A DNA stretch of 64,000 bases from the human T2T-CHM13v2.0 reference genome, Homo sapiens, in NCBI RefSeq assembly GCF_009914755.1, contig NC_060939.1. One strand, 5' to 3'. The notes beneath the pieces are model-generated. The model did no database searches. It saw only the letters and a program-made list of their open reading frames with translations, and had not been told where the DNA came from. Numbering within the stretch: position 1 is the first letter of the stretch; each line of letters starts with the position of its first letter. Below, piece by piece: positions 12,901 to 25,800 of this stretch. A program made the position numbers and the translations under genes.

Positions 12901-15900
12901 CCATTCCATTCTGTTCCATTCCATTCCGTTCCATTACATTCCATTCCATTCGGTACCATTCCATATTGTTCCATTCGATTCCATTCGAATCCATTCCATT
13001 CCAGTCCATTCCATTCGATACCATTCCATTCATTTCAATTCCATTCCATTCCATTCCATTCCATTCCACTTGATTCCTCTCCATTCCCTTCCACTGCATT
13101 CCGTTCGATTCCATTCCATTGCATTGCATTCCATTCCATTGGATTGCATTCCATTCGATTCCATTCCATTCGAATCAATTACATAGCAATCCATTACATT
13201 CGAGTCTATTCTATTCCGTTCCATTCGATTTCGTTCCAATCCATTCGATTCCATTCCATTCGATTCCATTCCATACTATTGCATTCCATTCGATTACATT
13301 ATATTCGAATAAGTTCCATTCAAGACCATTTCTTTTGAGTCCATTCTATTTGAGTCCATTCCCTTTGATTCCATAACATTTGAGTCCATTCAATTCCATT
13401 CCTTTCGTTTCCATTCCATTTGATGCCATTCCATTCAATTCTGTTCTACTCGACTCCAATACATTCAATTCCATTCCATCCGATTCCATTACATTCTTTT
13501 CATTTCTTATCCATTTCAAGCCATTCCACTCCATTCCATTCCACTCGTTTCCTTTCCATTCGAGTCCATTCCTCTCCAGTCCATTCCGTTCAATCCATTC
13601 CATTCCAGTCCATTCCATTCGAGTCCGTTCCATTCCAGTCCATTCCATTCGAGTCAATTCCATTCCATTCGATGTCTTTCCATAACGATCCATTCCATTC
13701 TATTCCTTTCGATTCCATTCCATTCTATTTCATTCCATTCGATTCCCTTCCATTGGACTCCTTTCCATTCGAGTGCATTCCATTCCGTTCCATTTCTTTC
13801 CGTTCTGTACGATTCCTACCGTTCGATTTCATTTTGTTCCAGTTCATTCCTTTCGCGTCCATTCCATTCCATTTCACTCCATTCGATTCCATTCCCCTCG
13901 ATTCCACTTCGTTCCATTTCATTGCATTCCATTCTATTCAACTCTATTGCCTTCCATTCCATTCCATTCGATTACATTCCATGCGATTCCATTCGAAATC
14001 GAATCAATTACATTGCAATCCATTACTATTGAGTCCATTTTATTCCAGTCCACTGCATTCTGGTCCATTCCATTTGATTCCATTCCATTCTATTCCATTC
14101 CATACAGTTGCATTCCATTGGATTCCATTCTATATCTATAAATTCAATTCGAGACCATTGCTTTTGAGTCCATTCTATATGATTCCATTCCATTCAAGTC
14201 CATTACATTTGGTTCAATTCCATTCCATTCCATTCCCTTCCATTCCATTCCAGTTGATATCAATCCATTCGATTCCATTCCATTCGAGCACATTCCATTC
14301 GAGTCCATTCCATTCGATGCCATTCCATTTGATTCTATTCCATTAGTCTCCATTCAATTCCATTAATCTCCATTCCATTCCATTCTACTCCAACTGATTC
14401 CATTCCATTCTATTCCTTTCCATTCCATTTCATTCCATTCCATTCCATTCCATTTCATTCCATTCCATTCCATTCCATTCCATTCGCTTCCATTCCATTC
14501 GTGTCCATTCCATTCCAGTCCATTCCATTTGTGTCCACTGCATTCCATTCCACTCCATTCCATATTATTCCATTACACTCCATTCCATTCTATTACTTTC
14601 ATTTCCATTCAATTCCATTCCATTTGATTCCATTCCACTCGGTTTCATTCCATTTGAGTCCACTCCATTCCATTCCATTCCATTCCATTCAGTTCCATTC
14701 CATTCTGTTCCATTCCATTCCGTTCCATTACATTCCATTCCATTCGGTACCATTCCATATTGTTCCATTCGATTCCATTCGAATCCATTCCATTCCAGTC
14801 CATTCCATTCGATTCCATTCCATTCATTTCAATTCCATTCCATTCCATTCCATTACATTCCACTTGATTCCTCTCCATTCCCTTCCACTGCATTCCGTTC
14901 GATTCCATTCCATTGCATTGCATTCCATTCCATTGGATTGCATTCCATTCGATTCCATTCCATTCAAATCAATTACATAGCAATCCATTACATTCGAGTC
15001 TATTCTATTCCGTTCCATTCGATTTCGTTCCAATCCATTCGATTCCATTCCATTCGATTCCATTCCATACTATTGCATTCCATTCGATTACATTATATTC
15101 GAATAAGTTCCATTCAAGACCATTTCTTTTGAGTCCATTCTATTTGAGTCCATTCCCTTTGATTCCATAACATTTGAGTCCATTCAATTCCATTCCTTTC
15201 GTTTCCATTCCATTTGATGCCATTCCATTCAATTCTGTTCTACTCGACTCCAATACATTCAATTCCATTCCATCCGATTCCATTACATTCTTTTCATTTC
15301 TTATCCATTTCAAGCCATTCCACTCCATTCCATTCCACTCGTTTCCTTTCCATTCGAGTCCATTCCTCTCCAGTCCATTCCGTTCAATCCATTCCATTCC
15401 AGTCCATTCCATTCGAGTCCGTTCCATTCCAGTCCATTCCATTCGAGTCAATTCCATTCCATTCGATGTCTTTCCATAACGATCCATTCCATTCTATTCC
15501 TTTCGATTCCATTCCATTCTATTTCATTCCATTCGATTCCCTTCCATTGGACTCCTTTCCATTCGAGTGCATTCCATTCCGTTCCATTTCTTTCCGTTCT
15601 GTACGATTCCTACCGTTCGATTTCATTTTGTTCCAGTCCATTCCTTTCGCGTCCATTCCATTCCATTTCACTCCATTCGATTCCATTCCACTCGATTCCA
15701 CTTCGTTCCATTTCATTGCATTCCATTCTATTCAACTCTATTGCCTTCCATTCCATTCCATTCGATTACATTCCATGCGATTCCATTCGAAATCGAATCA
15801 ATTACATTGCAATCCATTACTATTGAGTCCGTTTTATTCCAGTCCACTGCATTCTGGTCCATTCCATTTCATTCCACTCCATTCTATTCCATTCCATACA

Positions 15901-16800
15901 GTTGCATTCCGTTGGATTCCATGCTATATCTATAAATTCAATTCGAGACCATTGCTTTTGAGTCCATTCTATATGATTCCATTCCATTCAAGTCCATTAC
16001 ATTTGGTTCAATTCCATTCCATTCCATTCCCTTCCATTCCATTCCATTTGATATCAATCCATTCGATTCCATTCCATTCGAGCACATTCCATTCGAGTCC
16101 ATTCCATTCGATGCCATTCCATTTGATTCTATTCCATTAGTCTCCATTCAACTCCATTAATCTCCATTCCATTCCATTCTACTCCAACTGATTCCATTCC
16201 ATTCTATTCCTTTCCATTCCATTTCACTCCATTCCATTCCATTTCATTCCATTCCATTCCATTCGTGTCCATTCCACTCCAGTCCATTCCATTCGTGTCC
16301 ATTCCATTCCAGTCCATTCCATTTGTGTCCACTGCATTCCATTCCACTCCATTCCATATTATTCCATTACACTCCATTCCATTCTATTACTTTCATTTCC
16401 ATTCAATTCCATTCCATTTGATTCCATTCCACTCGAATTCATTCCATTTGAGTCCACTCCATTCCATTCCATTCCATTCCATTCAGTTCCATTCCATTCT
16501 GTTCCATTCCATTCCGTTCCATTGCATTCCATTCCATTCGGTACCATTCCATATTGTTCCATTCGATTCCATTCGAATCCATTCCATTCCAGTCCATTCC
16601 ATTCGATTCCATTCCATTCATTTCAATTCCATTCCATTCCATTCCATTCCGCTTGATTCCACTCCATTCCCTTCCACTGCATTCCATTGCATTGCATTCC
16701 ATTCCATTGGATTGCATTCCATTCGATTCCATTCCATTCGAATCAATTACATAGCAATCCATTACATTCGAGTCTATTCTCTTCCGTTCCATTCGATTTC
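7000..16800 (+). repeat. Recent three-unit tandem duplication, period 5,356-5,357 bp (boundaries approximate)
   Basis: Shared variants: CAGTGC (G at 7345/12701), CGATACC (~7661/~13017), CCAGTTCATT and TTCCCCTCG (~8490-8540/~13845-13896), GAATTC (11078/16435), and a 15-bp deletion (~11325/~16682). Confidence 0.9.
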
Positions 16801-19800
16801 GTTCCAATCCATTCGATTCCATTCCATTCGATTCCATTCCATACTATTGCATTCCATTCGATTACATTATATTCGAATAAGTTCCATTCAAGACCATTTC
16901 TTTTGAGTCCATTCTATTTGAGTCCATTCCCTTTGATTCCATAACATTTGAGTCCATTCAATTCCATTCCTTTCGTTTCCATTCCATTTGATGCCATTCC
17001 ATTCAATTCTGTTCTACTCGACTCCAATACATTCAATTCCATTCCATCCGATTCCATTACATTCTTTTCATTTCTTATCCATTTCAAGCCATTCCACTCC
17101 ATTCCATTCCACTCGTTTCCTTTCCATTCGAGTCCATTCCTCTCCAGTCCATTCCGTTCAATCCATTCCATTCCAGTCCATTCCATTCGAGTCCGTTCCA
17201 TTCCAGTCCATTCCATTCGAGTCAATTCCATTCCATTCGATGTCTTTCCATAACGATCCATTCCATTCTATTCCTTTCGATTCCATTCCATTCTATTTCA
17301 TTCCATTCGATTCCCTTCCATTGGACTCCTTTCCATTCGAGTGCATTCCATTCCGTTCCATTTCTTTCCGTTCTGTACGATTCCTACCGTTCGATTTCAT
17401 TTTGTTCCAGTCCATTCTTTCGCGTCCATTCCATTCCATTTCACTCCATTCGATTCCATTCCACTCGATTCCACTTCGTTCCATTTCATTGCATTCCATT
17501 CTATTCAACTCTATTGCCTTCCATTCCATTCCATTCGATTACATTCCATGCGATTCCATTCGAAATCGAAACAATTACATTGCAATCCATTACTATTGAG
17601 TCCGTTTTATTCCAGTCCACTGCATTCTGGTCCATTCCATTTGATTCCATTCCATTCTATTCCATTCCATACAGTTGCATTCCATTGGATTCCATTCTAT
17701 ATCTATAAATTCAATTCGAGACCATTGCTTTTGAGTCCATTCTATATGATTCCATTCCATTCAAGTCCATTACATTTGGTTCAATTCCATTCCATTCCAT
17801 TCCCTTCCATTCCATTCCAGTTGATATCAATCCATTCGATTCCATTCCATTCGAGCACATTCCATTCGAGTCCATTCCATTCGATGCCATTCCATTTGAT
17901 TCTATTCCATTAGTCTCCATTCAATTCCATTAATCTCCATTCCATTCCATTCTACTCCAACTGATTCCATTCCATTCTATTCCTTTCCATTCCATTTTAT
18001 TCCATTCCATTCCATTTCATTCCATTCCATTCCATTCGTGTCCATTCCACTCCAGTCCATTCCATTCGTGTCCATTCCATTCCAGTCCATTCCATTTGTG
18101 TCCACTGCATTCCATTCCACTCCATTCCATATTATTCCATTACACTCAATTCCATTCTATTACTTTCATTTCCATTGAATTCCATTCCATTTGATTCCAT
18201 TCCACTCGGTTTCATTCCATTTGAGTCCACTCCATTCCATTCCATTCCATTCCATTCAGTTCCATTCCATTCTGTTCCATTCCATTCCGTTCCATTACAT
18301 TCCATTCCATTCGGTACCATTCCATATTGTTCCATTCGATTCCATTCGAATCCATTCCATTCCAGTCCATTCCATTCGATTCCATTCCATTCATTTCAAT
18401 TCCATTCCATTCCATTCCATTACATTCCACTTGATTCCTCTCCATTCCCTTCCACTGCATTCCGTTCGATTCCATTCCATTGCATTGCATTCCATTCCAT
18501 TGGATTGCATTCCATTCGATTCCATTCCATTCGAATCAATTACATAGCAATCCATTACATTCGAGTCTATTCTATTCCGTTCCATTCGATTTCGTTCCAA
18601 TCCATTCGATTCCATTCCATTCGATTCCATTCCATACTATTGCATTCCATTCGATTACATTATATTCGAATAAGTTCCATTCAAGACCATTTCTTTTGAG
18701 TCCATTCTATTTGAGTCCATTCCCTTTGATTCCATAACATTTGAGTCCATTCAATTCCATTCCTTTCGTTTCCATTCCATTTGATGCCATTCCATTCAAT
18801 TCTGTTCTACTCGACTCCAATACATTCAATTCCATTCCATCCGATTCCATTACATTCTTTTCATTTCTTATCCATTTCAAGCCATTCCACTCCATTCCAT
18901 TCCACTCGTTTCCTTTCCATTCGAGTCCATTACTCTCCAGTCCATTCCGTTCAATCCATTGCATTCCAGTCCATTCCAATCGAGTCCGTTCCATTCCAGT
19001 CCATTCCATTCGAGTCAATTCCATCCCATTCGATGTCTTTCCATAACGATCCATTCCATTGTATTCCTTTCGATTCCATTCCATTCTATTTCATTCCATT
19101 CGATTCCCTTCCATTGGACTCCTTTCCATTCGAGTGCATTCCATTCCGTTCCATTTCTTTCCGTTCTGTACGATTCCTACCGTTCGATTTCATTTTGTTC
19201 CAGTCCATTCCTTTCGCGTCCATTCCATTCCATTTCACTCCATTCGATTCCATTCCACTCGATTCCACTTCGTTCCATTTCATTGCATTCCATTCTATTC
19301 AACTCTATTGCCTTCCATTCCATTCCATTCGATTACATTCCATGCGATTCCATTCGAAATCGAATCAATTACATTGCAATCCATTACTATTGAGTCCGTT
19401 TTATTCCAGTCCACTGCATTCTGGTCCATTCCATTTGATTCCATTCCATTCTATTCCATTCCATACAGTTGCATTCCATTGGATTCCATGCTATATCTAT
19501 AAATTCAATTCGAGACCATTGCTTTTGAGTCCATTCTATATGATTCCATTCCATTCAAGTCCATTACATTTGGTTCAATTCCATTCCATTCCATTCCCTT
19601 CCATTCCATTCCAGTTGATATCAATCCATTCGATTCCATTCCATTCGAGCACATTCCATTCGAGTCCATTCCATTCGATGCCATTCCATTTGATTCTATT
19701 CCATTAGTCTCCATTCAATTCCATTAATCTCCATTCCATTCCATTCTACTCCAACTGATTCCATTCCATTCTATTCCTTTCCATTCCATTTCATTCTATT

Positions 19801-22800
19801 CCATTCCATTTCATTCCATTCCATTCCATTCGCTTCCATTCCATTCGTGTCCATTCCACTCCAGTCCATTCCATTCGTGTCCATTCCATTCCAGTCCATT
19901 CCATTTGTGTCCACTGCATTCCATTCCACTCCATTCCATATTATTCCATTACACTCCATTCCATTCTATCACTTTCATTTCCATTCAATTCCATTCCATT
20001 TGATTCCATTCCACTCGGTTTCATTCCATTTGAGTCCACTCCATTCCATTCCATTCCATTCCATTCAGTTCCATTCCATTCTGTTCCATTCCATTCCGTT
20101 CCATTACATTCCATTCCATTCGGTACCATTCCATATTGTTCCATTCGATTCCATTCGAATCCATTCCATTCCAGTCCATTCCATTCGATTCCATTCCATT
20201 CATTTCAATTCCATTCCATTCCATTCCATTACATTCCACTTGATTCCTCTCCATTCCCTTCCACTGCATTCCGTTCGATTCCATTCCATTGCATTGCATT
20301 CCATTCCATTGGATTGCATTCCATTCGATTCCATTCCATTCGAATCAATTACATAGCAATCCATTACATTCGAGTCTATTCTATTCCGTTCCATTCGATT
20401 TCGTTCCAATCCATTCGATTCCATTCCATTCGATTCCATTCCATACTATTGCATTCCATTCGATTACATTATATTCGAATAAGTTCCATTCAAGACCATT
20501 TCTTTTGAGTCCATTCTATTTGAGTCCATTCCCTTTGATTCCATAACATTTGAGTCCATTCAATTCCATTCCTTTCGTTTCCATTCCATTTGATGCCATT
20601 CCATTCAATTCTGTTCTACTCGACTCCAATACATTCAATTCCATTCCATCCGATTCCATTACATTCTTTTCATTTCTTATCCATTTCAAGCCATTCCACT
20701 CCATTCCATTCCACTCGTTTCCTTTCCATTCGAGTCCATTCCGTTCAATCCATTCCATTCCAGTCCATTCCATTCGAGTCCGTTCCATTCCAGTCCATTC
20801 CATTCGAGTCAACTCCATCCCATTCGATGTCTTTCCATAACGATCCATTCCATTCTATTCCTTTCAATTCCATTTCATTCTATTTCATTCCATTCGATTC
20901 CCTTCCATTGGACTCCTTTCCATTCGAGTGCATTCCATTCCGTTCCATTTCTTTCCGTTCTGTACGATTCCTACCGTTCGATTTCATTTTGTTCCAGTCC
21001 ATTCCTTTCGCGTCCATTCCATTCCATTTCACTCCATTCGATTCCATTCCACTCGATTCCACTTCGTTCCATTTCATTGCATTCCATTCTATTCAACTCT
21101 ATTGCCTTCCATTCCATTCCATTCGATTACATTCCATGCGATTCCATTCGAAATCGAATCAATTACATTGCAATCCATTACAATTGAGTCCGTTTTATTC
21201 CAGTCCACTGCATTCTGGTCCATTCCTTTTGATTCCATTCCATTCTATTCCATTCCATACAGTTGCATTCCTTTGGATTCCATGCTATATCTATAAATTC
21301 AATTCGAGACCATTGCTTTTGAGTCCATTCTATATGATTCCATTCCATTCAAGTCCATTACATTTGGTTCAATTCCATTCCATTCCATTCCCTTCCATTC
21401 CATTCCAGTTGATATCAATCCATTCGATTCCATTCCATTCGAGCACATTCCATTCGAGTCCATTCCATTCGATGCCATTCCATTTGATTCTATTCCATTA
21501 GTCTCCATTCAATTCCATTAATCTCCATTCCATTCCATTCTACTCCAACTGATTCCATTCCATTCTATTCCTTTCCATTCCATTTCATTCCATTCCATTC
21601 CATTTCATTCCATTCCATTCCATTCGCTTCCATTCCGTTCGTGTCCATTCCACTCCAGTCCATTCCATTCCTGTCCATTCCATTCCACTCCATTCCATTT
21701 GTGTCCACTGCATTCCATTCCACTCCATTCCATATTATTCCATTACACTCCCTTCCATTCTATTACTTTCATTTCCATTCACTTCCATTCCATTTGATTC
21801 CATTCCACTCGGTTTCATTCCATTTGAGTCCACTCCATTCCATTCCATTCCATTCAGTTCTATTCCATTCTGTTCCATTCCATTCCGTTCCATTACATTC
21901 CATTCCATTCGGTACCATTCCATATTGTTCCATTCGATTCCATTCGAATCCATTCCATTCCAGTCCATTCCATTCGATTCCATTCCATTCATTTCAATTC
22001 CATTCCATTCCATTCCATTACATTCCACTTGATTCCTCTCCATTCCCTTCCACTGCATTCCGTTCGATTCCATTCCATTGCATTGCATTCCATTCCATTG
22101 GATTGCATTCCATTCGATTCCATTCCATTCGAATCAATTACATAGCAATCCATTACATTCGAGTCTATTCTCTTCCGTTCCATTCGGTTTCGTTCCAATC
22201 CATTCGATTCCATTCCATTCGATTCCATTCCATACTATTGCATTCCATTCGATTACATTATATTCGAATAAGTTCCATTCAAGACCATTTCTTTTGAGTC
22301 CATTCTATTTGAGTCCATTCCCTTTGATTCCATAACATTTGAGTCCATTCAATTCCATTCCTTTCGTTTCCATTCCATTTGATGCCATTCCATTCAATTC
22401 TGTTCTACTCGACTCCAATACATTCAATTCCATTCCATCCGATTCCATTACATTCTTTTCATTTCTTATCCATTTCAAGCCATTCCACTCCATTCCATTC
22501 CACTCGTTTCCTTTCCATTCGAGTCCATTCCTCTCCAGTCCATTCCGTTCAATCCATTCCATTCCAGTCCATTCCATTCGAGTCCGTTCCATTCCAGTCC
22601 ATTCCATTCGAGTCAATTCCATCCCATTCGATGTCTTTCCATAACGATCCATTCCATTCTATTCCTTTCCATTCCATTCCATTCTATTTCATTCCATTCG
22701 ATTCCCTTCCATTGGACTCCTTTCCATTCGAGTGCATTCCATTCCGTTCCATTTCTTTCCGTTCTGTACGATTCCTACCGTTCGATTTCATTTTGTTCCA

Positions 22801-25800
22801 GTCCATTCCTTTCGCGTCCATTCCATTCCATTTCACTCCATTCGATTCCATTCCACTCGATTCCACTTCGTTCCATTTCATTGCATTCCATTCTATTCAA
22901 CTCTATTGCCTTCCATTCCATTCCATTCGATTACATTCCATGCGATTCCATTCGAAATCGAATCAATTACATTGCAATCCAGTACTATTGAGTCCATTTC
23001 ATTCCAGTCCACTGCATTCTGGTCCATTCCATTTGATTCCATTCCATTCTATTCCATTCCATACAGTTGCATTCCATTGGATTCCATTCTATATCTATAA
23101 ATTCAATTCGAGACCATTGCTTTTGAGTCCATTCTACATGATTCCATTCCATTCAAGTCCATTACATTTGGTTCTATTCCATTCCGTTCCATTCCCTTCC
23201 ATTCCATTCCAGTTGATATCAATCCATTCGATTCCATTCCACTCGAGCACATTCCATTCGAGTCCATTCCATTCGATGCCATTCCATTTGGTTCTATTCC
23301 ATTAGTCTCCATTCAATTCCATTAATCTCCATTCCATTCCATTCTACTCCAACTGATTCCATTCCATTCTATTCCTTTCCATTCCATTTCATTCCATTCC
23401 ATTCCATTTCATTCCATTCCATTCCATTCCATTCCATTCGCTTCCATTCCATTCGTGTCCATTCCACTCCAGTCCATTCCATTTGTGTCCACTGCATTCC
23501 ATTCCACTCCATTCCATATTATTCCATTACACTCCATTCCATTCTATTACTTTCATTTCCATTCAATTCCATTCCATTTGATTCCATTCCACTCGGTTTC
23601 ATTCCATTTGAGTCCACTCCATTCCATTCCATTCCATTCCATTCCATTCAGTTCCATTCCATTCTGTTCCATTCCATTCCGTTCCAATGCATTCCATTCC
23701 ATTCGGTACCATTCCATATTGTTCCATTCGATTCCATTCGAATCCATTCCATTCCAGTCCATTCCATTTGATTCCATTACATTCCTTTCAATTCCATTCC
23801 ATTCCATTCCATTCCACTTGATTCCACTCCATTCCCTTCCACTGCATTCCATTCGATTCCATTCCATTGCATTGCATTCCATTCCATTGGACTGCATTCC
23901 ATTCGATTCCATTCCATTCGAATCAATTACATAGCAATCCATTACATTCGAGTCTATTCTATTCCGTTCCATTCGATTTCGTTCCAATCCATTCGATTCC
24001 ATTCCATTCGATTCCATTCCATACTATTGCATTCCATTCGATTACATTATATTCGAATAAGTTCCATTCAAGACCATTTCTTTTGAGTCCATTCTATTTG
24101 AGTCCATTCCCTTTGATTCCATAACATTTGAGTCCATTCAATTCCATTCCTTTCGTTTCCATTCCATTTGATGCCATTCCATTCAATTCTGTTCTACTCG
24201 ACTCCAATACATTCAATTCCATTCCATCCGATTCCATTACATTCTTTTCATTTCTTATCCATTTCAAGCCATTCCACTCCATTCCATTCCACTCGTTTCC
24301 TTTCCATTCGAGTCCATTCCTCTCCAGTCCATTCCGTTCAATCCATTCCATTCCAGTCCATTCCATTCGAGTCCGTTCCATTCCAGTCCATTCCATTCGA
24401 GTCAATTCCATCCCATTCGATGTTTTCCATAACGATCCATTCCATTCTATTCCTTTCGATTCCATTCCATTCTATTTCATTGCATTCGATTCCCTTCCAT
24501 TGGACTCCTTTCAATTCGAGTGCATTCCATTCCGTTCCATTTCTTTCCGTTCTGTACGATTCCTACCGTTCGATTTCATTTTGTTCCAGTCCATTCCTTT
24601 CGCGTCCATTCCATTCCATTTCACTCCATTCGATTCCATTCCACTCGATTCCACTTCGTTCCATTTCATTGCATTCCATTCTATTCAACTCTATTGCCTT
24701 CCATTCCATTCCATTCGATTACATTCCATGCCATTCCATTCGAAATCGAATCAATTACATTGCAATCCATTACTATTGAGTCCGTTTTATTCCAGTCCAC
24801 TGCATTCTGGTCCATTCCATTTGATTCCATTCCATTCTATTCCATTCCATACAGTTGCATTCCATTGGATTCCATGCTATATCTATAAATTCAATACGAG
24901 ACCATTGCTTTTGAGTCCATTCTATATGATTCCATTCCATTCAAGTCCATTACATTTGGTTCAATTCCATTCCATTCCATTCCCTTCCATTCCATTCCAT
25001 TTGATATCAATCCATTCGATTCCATTCCATTCGAGCACATTCCATTCGAGTCCATTCCATTCGATGCCATTCCATTTGATTCTATTCCATTAGTCTCCAT
25101 TCATTTCCATTAATCTCCATTCCATTCCATTTTACTCCAACTGATTCCATTCCATTCTATTCCTTTCCATTCCATTTCATTCCATTCCATTCCATTCCAT
25201 TCCATTCCATTCCATTCGTGTCCATTCCACTCCAGTCCATTCCATTCGTGTCCATTCCATTCCAGTCCATTCCATTTGTGTCCACTGCATTCCATTCCAC
25301 TCCATTCCATATTATTCCATTACACTCCATTCCATTCTATCACTTTCATTTCCATTCAATTCCATTCCATTTGATTCCATTCCACTCGGTTTCATTCCAT
25401 TTGAGTCCACTCCATTCCATTCCATTCCATTCCATTCAGTTCCATTCCATTCTGTTCCATTCCATTCCGTTCCATTACATTCCATTCCATTCGGTACCAT
25501 TCCATATTGTTCCATTCGATTCCATTCGAATCCATTCCATTCCAGTCCATTCCATTCGATTCCATTCCATTCATTTCAATTCCATTCCATTCCATTCCAT
25601 TACATTCCACTTGATTCCTCTCCATTCCCTTCCACTGCATTCCGTTCGATTCCATTCCATTGCATTGCATTCCATTCCATTGGATTGCATTCCATTCGAT
25701 TCCATTCCATTCGAATCAATTACATAGCAATCCATTACATTCGAGTCTATTCTATTCCGTTCCATTCGATTTCGTTCCAATCCATTCGATTCCATTCCAT

